From the NCBI GenBank assembly GCA_033551855.1, contig JAWSUI010000020.1:1-59586 (forward strand): DNA of 59,586 bases, given 5' to 3'. Shown here piece by piece: positions 1 to 8,945 of this stretch (its first letter is position 1; each line of letters begins with the position of its first letter). The notes beneath the pieces are model-generated. The model saw only the letters and a program-made list of their open reading frames with translations, searched no databases and was not told the origin of the DNA. Source of the stretch: Deferrisomatales bacterium (GTDB lineage Bacteria; Desulfobacterota; Deferrisomatia; Deferrisomatales; JACRMM01). The translations under genes and the position numbers were made by a program.

Positions 1-521
1 CCGTAGTGCCTCGTGTTTTCGGTGATGTGTTCGTAGCGCCTGTCAAACTCGGGTGAGAAGTGCCCTCCGGACGTGGGTTGCGTCCTCCTGGGTGAAGTCG
101 TCCCCGACAGCTCGACGCCGAGGGAAGTTACGTGCCCGACTCTGCGCCTGCCGGATCCCACCGATCGGCGCTCTCGGCCACCTGCGCGGCACACGTCTCT
201 TCGGGCAGTTCGAACCCCCCGGCGCAGTCGGACCCATCGCCGCGACAGCGCGGTACCCGAGGTCGCAATGGCACGGGTAGGGGAGAATTCCTTCCTCAAT
301 CCCGCGCTTCCGGAGGCCGGGCACAGGAAGGCCTGGCGGCCCATCCCTCCGTCGAGCAACAGGGTCTCCGTGGTATGGCGGAGGCCGGCTCCAAGACATC
401 ACCCATGCTTGACGGCGGAAGGGCCTGGTGTCATGGGTCGGGGAGATCGCCGATACCGTCACGCCCGGGGCCACGGTCATCCGGCGGTCCGGGCCTCGGT
501 GGGACGAGCATTCCGCGGAAC

Positions 522-537
522 TGTCGAATATCCGACA
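522..537. promoter_or_regulatory. Palindromic putative enhancer-binding-protein site (TGTCG-N6-CGACA)
   Basis: TGTCGAATATCCGACA, ~67 bp upstream of a sigma54-like promoter; a near-identical site occurs at 11926-11941. Confidence 0.55.
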
Positions 538-602
538 TGGGTGTGGGAGGTGACGTGCCGGAAAGCCGCCGGGAGCGGTGTCGGTCAGCGAAATCCGGGG
601 AT

Positions 603-618
603 CGGTACAGCCCTTGCT
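603..618 (+). promoter_or_regulatory. Putative sigma54 (-24/-12) promoter
   Basis: CGGTACAGCCCTTGCT has exact GG-N10-GC spacing and a TTGCT -12 box, and points toward the copper genes. Confidence 0.55.
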
Positions 619-857
619 AACTTGCTAAGCAGTCCGCCGAGGGGTCGTGTACCAACGGAAAAATCATCAGGAGTTGATATGACACCTCGGTGCTGTCGCC
701 CGGTGCAGTGGCGTGGGGCGCTGGGCGGGGGCGTTGCTTTCGTCAGCCTCCGACCACTGCTGTCGAAGACTGGAGAACGTGAGGTCGGGCAGCTGGCGGA
801 GCGGAGTACGATTTCCATGTCTTGGGCTGGCATGCGGCGTTTCATAGCGAATTACCC

Positions 858-965
858 CCCGCTTGCTCCGCAAGCGGCGGAAGGTGGTCAGCAGCATGGC
901 GATGAAAGCTGCCCAAACCTGCGCCTCGATGGCCTTGTGGCTCATGCCCAGGAACGTACTAACCG
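858..965 (-). pseudogene. IS4-family transposase C-terminal fragment
   Basis: Minus-strand frame reads VSTFLGMSHKAIEAQVWAAFIAMLLTTFRRLRSKRG, resembling the IS4-family (I/V)KTFxGTSxNAVxxQIWxALIAxLL motif; an in-frame stop lies just upstream. Confidence 0.55.
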
Positions 966-1046
966 TTGCTTCACCTTTGCGGCGTCAATTCAGCATCCCA
1001 TGGCTTGTGAACCATCGCATTCTTGACAAGAGTGGAGGGCGACCCC

Positions 1047-1262
1047 ATGAACCCGACCCTGCGTATGATTCTCGGCTGCATGTTGCCGCTGTTGGCGATT
1101 TTTGCTTTGCCGCTCTTCGGGATCGACACGGGCTTTACGTTGTTCGTCTTCATCGTCCTGATGTTCGCCTGCCATCTTGGGATGATGGGCCATCACAAAC
1201 GCGGATCGGATCATGGAGGCTCGCGATCAGACAAAGGAGACCGAGATCATGAGCAAACTTGA
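1047..1262 (+). CDS. Small membrane protein with C-H-x-x-M-M-G-H-H tail (DUF2933-like, copper-associated)
   Basis: GGAGG RBS, two hydrophobic segments, LMFACHLGMMGHH motif; overlaps the next gene. Confidence 0.7.
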   Translation: MNPTLRMILGCMLPLLAIFALPLFGIDTGFTLFVFIVLMFACHLGMMGHHKRGSDHGGSRSDKGDRDHEQT

Positions 1263-1527
1263 CGTCAAAGGAACAAGCTGTGCCCTCGGCACGAGCTGTG
1301 CCGTGCTTTATGCAGCGTGCGTCTTCATCATGCTCACGGTCTCAAAAGATGTCGTGATCCGGTTTTTCAACAGCATCATGCACGGCTTGGATGTAACCTC
1401 AGTCATGCGCTGGGACATGCCGTGGTGGGAAGCAGTGCTCGGGACGCTGCAGATGTTCATTCTCGGCTGGCTGGTCGGAGCGCTTTTCGCAGTCCTCTAT
1501 AACCTTGCCGCGGCGACAAAGAAGTAA
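1249..1527 (+). CDS. Two-TM membrane protein (DUF5676-like)
   Basis: AGGAG RBS; two TM helices flanking FFNSIMHGLD; ends ALFAVLYNL. Confidence 0.75.
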   Translation: MSKLDVKGTSCALGTSCAVLYAACVFIMLTVSKDVVIRFFNSIMHGLDVTSVMRWDMPWWEAVLGTLQMFILGWLVGALFAVLYNLAAATKK

Positions 1528-1681
1528 GCGATGTCCTATAATCCTATGGGAACTGGGGCCTGGTCATGACGCTGGTGGCAACGGAGGAATTTTGGGACAG
1601 GAATGCCTCGCTGGCTGTCGGGGAATTGGAGCGACGTCTTCGCCACGTCGTGGACGCCAGGGAGCACAAGGAGGCGGTTTG

Positions 1682-2302
1682 ATGCACGTGGGAATGTGGG
1701 GCCTTGCGGCCATCGTCATCGTGATCGTCTCGTGGCTGATGTACCGCTATCTGGCGCCGCAAAGTTGGAAAGAGTGGGGCCGCACGGGGGTGGTCCAGGC
1801 ATTTATCATTGCCTTCTACGCCGAGATGTATGGGTTTCCTCTGACCATCTACTTCTTGTCCCGCTTTTTCGGGCTCGATCTCGCGTGGGCCCAGGGAGGC
1901 AACCTCTGGGCCCAGCTCTTTGGCACGCCGATAGCGCACATAGTTGCCATGGCAATCGGCTATGCCATCGTGTTCAGCGGAGCAACGCTGGTCGCGGAAG
2001 GGTGGCGCAGGGTCCACCGGGCGAGGCGTGAGGAGCGGCTCGTGACCGACGGGGTCTATGCTCGCGTGCGGCATCCGCAATACACCGGACTGTTTGTCAT
2101 CGTCTTCGGTGAAGGTATCATGCACTGGCCCACGATCGTATCCGTTGTCGCATTTCCGGTCATCGTGCTCGCCTACACACTGCTCGCGCAAAAGGAAGAA
2201 CTGCAAATGCTCGAGATGTTTGGCGACCAGTATCGCGAGTATCAGCGGCGCGTCCCGGGGTTCATTCCTCGCTTTGGAAGCGGCGACCGACAGGAGACAT
2301 AA
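1682..2302 (+). CDS. Isoprenylcysteine carboxyl methyltransferase (ICMT/PEMT) family membrane protein
   Basis: AFYAEMYGFPLTIY, LVTDGVYARVRHPQY and FGDQYREYQRRVPGFIP motifs; GGAGG RBS before ATG 1682. Confidence 0.85.
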   Translation: MHVGMWGLAAIVIVIVSWLMYRYLAPQSWKEWGRTGVVQAFIIAFYAEMYGFPLTIYFLSRFFGLDLAWAQGGNLWAQLFGTPIAHIVAMAIGYAIVFSGATLVAEGWRRVHRARREERLVTDGVYARVRHPQYTGLFVIVFGEGIMHWPTIVSVVAFPVIVLAYTLLAQKEELQMLEMFGDQYREYQRRVPGFIPRFGSGDRQET

Positions 2303-2428
2303 ATGAGCGCGCAAACCATGACAGTTGTTAGTGGTGTCCTCCTTCTGGTCGTCTTCGTTCTCGTGGCGTGGAACCTGAGACGCCGTCGCGGCCATAGCGC
2401 CGACGACCGTGCAGGGAATGAGGAATGA
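2303..2428 (+). CDS. 41-aa single-TM small protein (absent from the ORF track)
   Basis: ATG directly follows the previous TAA, with AGGAG upstream; MSAQTMTVVSGVLLLVVFVLVAWNLRRRRGHSADDRAGNEE is a TM helix followed by an Arg cluster. Confidence 0.5.
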   Translation: MSAQTMTVVSGVLLLVVFVLVAWNLRRRRGHSADDRAGNEE

Positions 2429-2628
2429 CTGCTGGTAGCTGCAGTGGCTGGAAACTTTCGAAGGGCATCAGGCGCGGCCGCGCGGGAGGGCTGGCGGCTG
2501 GCTGATAACGCCGTGCAGCGGAAGGCGCTTCGAGCCGCCGCGGACGCCGAGCAGTGGGAGGACACGGAGCGCACTCCCCCGGCTAGCGTGAATCTGTCGC
2601 CCACGACTGGGACTGGAGGGTCTCCACC

Positions 2629-4701
2629 ATGAGCAAGACAACACCCAAACATCACGGGCACGAATCCGACGAGCACGCTGGCCCGGGGACGCATGGGGGG
2701 CACGCCAAGGCCGCCGAGGACCACAGAGGCCACGATCAGCACGAGGGTCACAGCCCGACGATGTTCCGGGACAAGTTCTGGCTCTCTCTCGTCCTCACGC
2801 TCCCGGTGGTGTTCTGGTCGGCACACATCCAGTTGCTGCTCGGCTACCGGGCACCCGAGTTCTCCGGCTCGAACTGGATCGCCCCGGTTCTGGGCACTGT
2901 GGTCTTCCTCTACGGCGGCCTGATCTTCCTCAAAGGGGCGTGGCGCGAGCTCAAGGCCCGCCTTCCGGGGATGATGACCCTGATTTCCCTGGCCATCACC
3001 GTAGCCTTCTCCTTCTCCTGGGTGGTCCAGCTCGGGGTGATCGAGGCGGACGCACTCTGGTGGGAGCTGGCGACCCTGGTGACCATCATGCTTCTGGGGC
3101 ACTGGATCGAGATGCGCTCGATCTCACAGGCCCAAGGGGCGCTCCAGGAGCTCGCGAAACTGCTCCCGGACACCGCGACCCGCGTCACCGACCAGGGAGA
3201 GGAGACGATCCCGGTCAGCGAGCTCCAGGAGGGCGACCTCGTGCTGATCCGCCCCGGCGAGAGCGTCCCGGCGGACGGGATCGTCCGGAAGGGGGAAAGC
3301 GCCCTCAACGAGGCGATGCTCACCGGGGAGTCCAGGCCGGTGAAGAAGAAGGAGGGGGACGAGGTCATCGCCGCGACCATCAACGGCGAGGGCTCGCTGC
3401 GCGTTGAGATCACGGGCACCGGGGACAAGACCAAGCTCTCCGGCATCATGCGGCTCGTGTCGGATGCGCAGAAATCCAAGTCCAGGGCGCAGCACCTAGC
3501 CGACCGGGCGGCCCAGATCCTCACGGGGGTAGCCATCGTCGCCGGGGTGCTCACGCTCGTGGTCTGGCAGTTCCTTGGAGCGTCCGTCGATTTTTCCGTC
3601 GTCCGGGTGGTGACGGTCCTGGTGATCGCTTGCCCACACGCCCTCGGCCTGGCCGTGCCCCTGGTCGTGGCCATCTCCACGACCCTGGGCGCCCGAAACG
3701 GCCTCCTGGTGCGGGATCGGCGGGGGCTGGAGGAAGCCCGGAACCTGAACACCGTGATCTTCGACAAGACCGGAACGCTCACCTTGGGGGAGTTTCGCGT
3801 GGTGGAGACGGCGACAGCGGAAGGGATGTCGGAGGAGGAGGCCCTGCGCATCGCGGCCGGAGTGGAGTCGGAGTCCGAACATCCCATCGCGCGGGGGATC
3901 GTGAAGACGGCGGAGGACCGGAGAATGGATGTGCCCTCGGCAGGCGGATTCAAGGCGATCACGGGAAAGGGCGTTGCCGCCTCTGTGGACGGCACCGACT
4001 ATCACATGGGCGGCCCCGCGCTCCTGGAGGCAGAGGGCGCGCAGGTGCCGGACGCGCTTCGCCAGGCAGCCGAGTCCGCGGCGACCCGGGGGGAAGCCGC
4101 CATCTATCTGCTGCGAGACGGCAAGGCCCTTGCGGTCTTCGCTGTGGCCGACGCCATCCGCGAAGAGAGCCGCGAGGCGGTCCGCGCGCTGCACGACCGG
4201 GGAATCGAGGTCGCGATGCTCACCGGCGACGCACAGGCGGTGGCAGATGCCGTAGCCACGGCGTTGGGCATCGACACCGTGTTCGCCGAGATCCTGCCCG
4301 AGGACAAGGCCTCCAAGGTGAGGGAGCTACAAGCACAGGGAAAGAAGGTGGCGATGGTGGGCGATGGGGTCAACGATGCCCCTGCCCTCGCCACCGCCGA
4401 CATCGGGATTGCGATCGGCGCGGGAACCGACGTCGCGGTGGAAGCCGGACACATCGTGCTCGTGCGGTCCGACCCGCGAGACATCCCCAAGATCGTCGCG
4501 CTGTCCCGCGCCACCTACCGCAAGATGCTCCAGAACCTCTGGTGGGCGGCGGGTTACAACATCGTCGCCATACCCCTGGCCGCAGGCGTGCTCGCCGCGT
4601 GGGGCATCCTCCTCACCCCGGCAGTGGGAGCGGTGCTGATGTCGGCGAGCACGGTGGTCGTGGCGATCAACGCCCAACTCCTCAAGCGGGTGCAACTCTG
4701 A
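2629..4701 (+). CDS. copB: Copper-translocating P1B-type ATPase, CopB (P1B-3) type
   Basis: His-rich N-terminus, TGES, CPH in TM (IACPHALG), DKTGTLT, HP, GDGVNDAPAL, YN and MSAST motifs. Confidence 0.93.
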   Translation: MSKTTPKHHGHESDEHAGPGTHGGHAKAAEDHRGHDQHEGHSPTMFRDKFWLSLVLTLPVVFWSAHIQLLLGYRAPEFSGSNWIAPVLGTVVFLYGGLIFLKGAWRELKARLPGMMTLISLAITVAFSFSWVVQLGVIEADALWWELATLVTIMLLGHWIEMRSISQAQGALQELAKLLPDTATRVTDQGEETIPVSELQEGDLVLIRPGESVPADGIVRKGESALNEAMLTGESRPVKKKEGDEVIAATINGEGSLRVEITGTGDKTKLSGIMRLVSDAQKSKSRAQHLADRAAQILTGVAIVAGVLTLVVWQFLGASVDFSVVRVVTVLVIACPHALGLAVPLVVAISTTLGARNGLLVRDRRGLEEARNLNTVIFDKTGTLTLGEFRVVETATAEGMSEEEALRIAAGVESESEHPIARGIVKTAEDRRMDVPSAGGFKAITGKGVAASVDGTDYHMGGPALLEAEGAQVPDALRQAAESAATRGEAAIYLLRDGKALAVFAVADAIREESREAVRALHDRGIEVAMLTGDAQAVADAVATALGIDTVFAEILPEDKASKVRELQAQGKKVAMVGDGVNDAPALATADIGIAIGAGTDVAVEAGHIVLVRSDPRDIPKIVALSRATYRKMLQNLWWAAGYNIVAIPLAAGVLAAWGILLTPAVGAVLMSASTVVVAINAQLLKRVQL

Positions 4702-4852
4702 CGATGACGATGTTCCGATGCCGCCCAACCCAAGCCACTCGTTCGCCTCCATCGGCACGCCGGAACGCTTGAATTCCCTGCCATGGGTTGCGAACCCATC
4801 TTTCTGGACAAGAGCAGCTCCGAAGGACGTTGGGGCGCAGAAAGAGGAAGCC

Positions 4853-6007
4853 ATGCCCGGAGGCGAGGCGCGCAGAGACGTCTACGTCAAGGTGGCCGCC
4901 GTCGTGGTCGCGATCCTGGCGGTCTCGTTCCTGCACTACGCCACCCAGACGGGCAAGCCGGTGCTCCACGACCTCTACCGCCGCCTGTACTACGTGCCGG
5001 TGGGGTTGGGAGCCGTTTGGTTCGGCCTTCGTGGTGGAGTGCTGGCAGCCGCGGCGGTGGGGCTGGCGTACGGCCCGCACATCCTGCTCCACTGGCAACA
5101 CGAGAGCCGGGAGGTGATCAACCAGTCCATGGAGGTCGTCTTCTACTTCGCCTTCTCCGGGGTCATTGGGTATTTTGCCGATCAGGAGCGGCGGCTCCGG
5201 GTGCGCTGCCAGAGTGCGGCGCTCCGGCTGGACCGATCGTACAAGCAGCTGCGGCGCCAGGCCGATCTCATTCTGGAGATCGAGGAGCAATTGCGCGCCG
5301 CCGACCGGCTCGCCGCCATGGGGCAGCTGGCCGCGGGCGTGACCCACGAGATTCGAAATCCCCTGGGCTCCATCCGGGGGACCGCGGAGATCCTGCGGGA
5401 GGAGTTCCCGCCGGGCCACCCCAAGGCCGAGTTCCTCGACATCCTGGTTCGGGAGACCGAGCGGCTGAACCGGGTCGTGGAGGATTTCCTGGGCTACGCG
5501 CGGCAGGGCCAACAGGCCGAGACCGAGGCCTGTGACCTGGGAAAGGTTGTGCACCAGACCGCGGCCCTCACCGAGGCACAGGCTCGAAAGGCCGGCGTGG
5601 AAGTGCGGTGCGAGGTGCCCGAGGGGCTCACCGTCCGGGGCTCACCCGGCCAGCTTACCCAGGTCGTGTTGAACCTCGTGCTGAACGCCGTCCAGGCGTC
5701 CCCGCCGGGAGGAGAGGTGCGGGTGACGGCCGAGGTGCGCCCCGGCCGCGTGCCGGGACGGGAGTACCGGGAGGTGGAGGGCAAACTGGTCTTCCTGCAG
5801 GTCGAGGACCGGGGACCGGGGCTTCCCGCGGACGTCCTGTCCCACGCCTTTCAGCCCTTCTTCACGACGAAAGAGGAAGGAACGGGCCTGGGCCTGGCCA
5901 TTAGCAAGCGCATCGCCGAGGCCCACGGAGGACGGATCGCGGCGGAAAACCGCCCTGAGAGAGGGGCCCGCTTCACCCTCATCCTGCCCCTGGCGCCGGA
6001 CTCCTGA
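4853..6007 (+). CDS. Membrane sensor histidine kinase (NtrB-like HisKA + HATPase)
   Basis: Several N-terminal TM helices with His residues, HEIRNPL, NLVLNAVQA, DRGPG, FFTTK, GTGLGL. Confidence 0.93.
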   Translation: MPGGEARRDVYVKVAAVVVAILAVSFLHYATQTGKPVLHDLYRRLYYVPVGLGAVWFGLRGGVLAAAAVGLAYGPHILLHWQHESREVINQSMEVVFYFAFSGVIGYFADQERRLRVRCQSAALRLDRSYKQLRRQADLILEIEEQLRAADRLAAMGQLAAGVTHEIRNPLGSIRGTAEILREEFPPGHPKAEFLDILVRETERLNRVVEDFLGYARQGQQAETEACDLGKVVHQTAALTEAQARKAGVEVRCEVPEGLTVRGSPGQLTQVVLNLVLNAVQASPPGGEVRVTAEVRPGRVPGREYREVEGKLVFLQVEDRGPGLPADVLSHAFQPFFTTKEEGTGLGLAISKRIAEAHGGRIAAENRPERGARFTLILPLAPDS

Positions 6008-6037
6008 CCCCCGACCCCTGATTTCTCGGAGCTTCCC

Positions 6038-7414
6038 ATGGCCAAGGTCCTGGTGGTCGACGACGACGCGAGCCTGCGAAGGATCGTGGAGTACAACCTG
6101 GCCCAGGAGGGGCACGCCGTGGGCACGGCGGCGAGCGGCGACGACGCCCTGGCGGCCCTCGCGAAGACCCGCTTCGACCTGGTGGTGACCGACATCAAGA
6201 TGCCGGGCATGGACGGCATGGACCTGCTCCGGCGGGTGCGGGCGGCCGCCCCCGACACTCAGGTCATCATGATCACGGCCTTCGGCACCATCGAGATGGC
6301 CGTGGAGGCCATGAAGGCCGGAGCCTTCGAGTACATCACCAAGCCCTTCAACCGCGACGAGCTCAAGCTCGCCGTGGCGAAGGCCCTGCGGGTGAAGAGC
6401 CTCGAGACCGAGAACGTGCGCCTCCGAAGGGAGGTGACGCGCCGGTACGGCTTCGAGAACATCGTGGGCGACTCGGCCCCCATGCAGCGGGTCTTCCGCC
6501 TCGTGGAGAAGGTGGCCGAGACCGACGCCCCGGTGCTGCTCACCGGCGACAGCGGCACCGGCAAGGAGCTCGTGGCCCGCGCCCTCCACTACCGGAGCCC
6601 CCGGGCCCCCAAGCCGTTCCTCCCGGTCAACTGCGCCGCCATCCCTCGGGAGCTCCTGGAGAGCGAGCTCTTCGGCCACGTCAAGGGCTCGTTCACGGGG
6701 GCGGTTCGGGACCGGCCGGGAAAGTTCGAGGAGGCCGGCGGGGGGACGCTGTTCCTGGACGAGATCGGGGAGCTCCCGGTGGAGCTCCAGGCCAAGATCC
6801 TGCGGGCCCTGCAGGAGAGGGAGGTGACCCCCGTGGGATCGAACCAGGCCGTTCGGGTGGACGTGCGGATCGTGGCCGCCACCAACCGGGACCTGGAGGA
6901 GGAGATCGAGGAGGGGCGGTTCCGAGAGGACCTCTACTACCGTCTCGCGGTGGTCCCCATCCACCTGCCGAGCCTGCGGGAGCGGCCCGAGGACATCCCG
7001 CTCCTGGTGGCGCACTTCCTCAAGGCTCTCGCGCCGGGCGAGAAGGTGGGGTTCACACCCCGGGCCCTGGAGGCCCTCAAGCGCCACCCCTGGAAGGGCA
7101 ACGTGCGGGAGTTGGAGAACACCGTGGAGCGCCTTCTGATCCTTCGGGAGAAGGACGTGCTGGACCTGGAGGACCTCCCCGAGAAGCTGCGTCGCCCCCC
7201 CGAGGAAGGCGCCCAGGCCGAAGGCTTCCAGTTTGTCTTTCCCCCCGAGGGGGTGGGGCTCGAGGAGGCGGAGGGGGCCCTCATCCGGGAGGCCCTGCGG
7301 CGCACGGACTGGAACCAGAGCCGCGCCGCCCGGTTGCTCCGGGTACCCCGTCACATCCTCCTTTACCGGATGGAGAAGTACGGCATCCCGCGGAAACCCT
7401 CGCAGGGCACGTGA
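6038..7414 (+). CDS. Sigma54-dependent response regulator (NtrC family; REC-AAA+-HTH)
   Basis: VVDDD receiver, GDSGTGKE, ESELFGHVKGSFTGA, LFLDEIGE, WKGNVRELEN, C-terminal Fis-type HTH. Confidence 0.96.
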   Translation: MAKVLVVDDDASLRRIVEYNLAQEGHAVGTAASGDDALAALAKTRFDLVVTDIKMPGMDGMDLLRRVRAAAPDTQVIMITAFGTIEMAVEAMKAGAFEYITKPFNRDELKLAVAKALRVKSLETENVRLRREVTRRYGFENIVGDSAPMQRVFRLVEKVAETDAPVLLTGDSGTGKELVARALHYRSPRAPKPFLPVNCAAIPRELLESELFGHVKGSFTGAVRDRPGKFEEAGGGTLFLDEIGELPVELQAKILRALQEREVTPVGSNQAVRVDVRIVAATNRDLEEEIEEGRFREDLYYRLAVVPIHLPSLRERPEDIPLLVAHFLKALAPGEKVGFTPRALEALKRHPWKGNVRELENTVERLLILREKDVLDLEDLPEKLRRPPEEGAQAEGFQFVFPPEGVGLEEAEGALIREALRRTDWNQSRAARLLRVPRHILLYRMEKYGIPRKPSQGT

Positions 7415-7492
7415 CGGCGCCGCAACGGTGTCCCGTCAACCCGGAACCCGCGGGATTCCCCGGAGCCTTGCCGGCGCGCCGGGAACAGCCCC

Positions 7493-8050
7493 TCAGCGCC
7501 GCCCGGAGTCCCGCAGGGCCTCCTCCACCACGCTGTCGGTCTCGGCCAGGGCCTGGGCGATCACGCGCCCCAACACGTCCTCGAAGTCGTAGAGGCCCGC
7601 CCGGGGGACCTCATCCCATCCAACGCTCACTTCCGAGGCGACCGGAAGGTTTCGCTCGACCAAGGTGCTCCCGTCCACTTGAAAGCTCACACGCATCCGG
7701 AGGACCGCGGTCTTGAAGACCCGCTCCGGCCGGAGGTCTGCCACCGAGCCGATGGCCCGAAACCGGGTCGTGAGCTCGTCCACGCGAACCCGAAGGACTC
7801 CCCGACTCTCCCCGCCTCCGGCCTTCTGCCGGCCGTACTCCTCGAAAGCCTCCCGGAGCCAGCCGTTGACCGGGTAGCTCCGATAGGTTTCGATCGGCCC
7901 CGAGAGGACGAAGTACGGGTCCGGAACGGAGGACGCGACCTCGACGGTCAGGAAGAGCGGGGCGGGCCAGACCGCTCCGCCATGGGATACGCCCGGCCCA
8001 AGCGTCAGGGCCGCGGTCAAGAGCACGAGAAAAACGCTTCTCCGCACCAT
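7493..8050 (-). CDS. Hypothetical exported protein
   Basis: GGAGG RBS before ATG at 8050; signal-peptide-like MVRRSVFLVLLTAALTLG; function not recognised. Confidence 0.7.
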   Translation of the reverse strand: MVRRSVFLVLLTAALTLGPGVSHGGAVWPAPLFLTVEVASSVPDPYFVLSGPIETYRSYPVNGWLREAFEEYGRQKAGGGESRGVLRVRVDELTTRFRAIGSVADLRPERVFKTAVLRMRVSFQVDGSTLVERNLPVASEVSVGWDEVPRAGLYDFEDVLGRVIAQALAETDSVVEEALRDSGRR

Positions 8051-8204
8051 GTGAACCTCCTTTCCCCCCCGGAACCGTGCGGGCCGACCGACACCCCGCG
8101 TACGGACCGTCCCACCCTCCCAACGACCCAAACGTAGTCCTTCCCGCCCGCTGCGCAAGTCCGGCCCCGCCCGTTCGGAAACCGGCCCTTCCATGCCGGG
8201 GAGC

Positions 8205-8220
8205 TGCAAGGTACCCGCCG
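8205..8220 (-). promoter_or_regulatory. Possible sigma54 promoter for the 7493-8050 gene
   Basis: Minus strand CGGCGGGTACCTTGCA has GG-N10-GC spacing and TTGCA; the -24 box is weak. Confidence 0.35.
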
Positions 8221-8304
8221 TTCGGGCGGCCGGCAGAACCACAATTTCCCACTCCTCTTGCCGGGAATAACCCCTGGTCCGGAGAGTAAAGTTTACGAAC
8301 CGGG

Positions 8305-8333
8305 TTGACGATGGAAACGGTGAGAGTTATTCT
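8305..8333 (+). promoter_or_regulatory. Putative sigma70 promoter, preceded by palindrome GTAAAGTTTAC (8286-8296)
   Basis: TTGACG-N17-TATTCT upstream of the Cys-rich leader ORF. Confidence 0.55.
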
Positions 8334-8365
8334 GAGAGAGCCGTGGTTTGTTGCCGGGAGATTCC

Positions 8366-8767
8366 GTGAACCCACCGACCCCTCGCCGTCTTGCTGTCTG
8401 GCTCCTGGCCCTGAGCGTGCTGCTCATGGGCGCGGGGTTGCCGTATCACGCGTGCGCCGGGTCCTGCTGCGGCGCGGCGGCAGGGGACGCCTCCCCAGGG
8501 GCCGCGCGGGCGCCCGCCGCCCATTCCTGCTGCTGTGACGCCGAGCCGGTTCCCTGCGATCTCGAGCAGGCCCCGGCGAAGGAGCTCCCGGACTCGGCGG
8601 TGACCGGCGTACCCAGGGTCGACGCGCCAAGTCCGGGACCGATCCTCCAAGTCGGGGCGCGCCTGCCCATGCCGGCCGCCGCCGGAAGCTATCACACCGG
8701 TCGCCCCACTTCCGCCCAGGGACCACCCGGTCCTCTCTACCTCCTCCACCTCGCTCTGCTCTGTTAG
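8366..8767 (+). CDS. Exported Cys-rich protein with C-terminal GPP-x-LYLLHxxLLC tail (DUF2946/CutF/CruR-like leader)
   Basis: Signal peptide, HACAGSCC and HSCCCD clusters, low-complexity linker, terminal SAQGPPGPLYLLHLALLC. Confidence 0.65.
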   Translation: MNPPTPRRLAVWLLALSVLLMGAGLPYHACAGSCCGAAAGDASPGAARAPAAHSCCCDAEPVPCDLEQAPAKELPDSAVTGVPRVDAPSPGPILQVGARLPMPAAAGSYHTGRPTSAQGPPGPLYLLHLALLC

Positions 8768-8781
8768 ACCGCCCTCCCCCA

Positions 8782-8844
8782 GGGGCCTGACCTCGCCCGG
8801 CTGACGCCGGAGACGGCGAGGTGCGCCCCGGACCCCCGTTTTTT
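8782..8844 (+). terminator. Stem-loop plus T-tract between the leader ORF and the DUF2318 gene (attenuator-like)
   Basis: GGGGC..ACCTCGCC / GGCGAGGT..GCCCC pairing; TTTTTT at 8839-8844, about 9 nt after the stem. Confidence 0.4.
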
Positions 8845-8945
8845 CCCCACATCCCGGAAGAGGAACCCAGACCGGCGGGAGCGCCCAGCGCCCCGATCCG
8901 CCGGCAGCGTGCCGGGCGTGCGCCCGAGCCGAGGAGTTGAGACCC

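Noticed and set aside
43..1026. ORFs 43-480, 73-1026 and 132-620 as genes
   Set aside because: No recognisable motifs or coding-like composition; the region is better explained as regulatory DNA plus IS debris.
4718..4790. Second attC-like site after copB (GCCCAAC..)
   Set aside because: No convincing complementary arms or GTTRRRY core.
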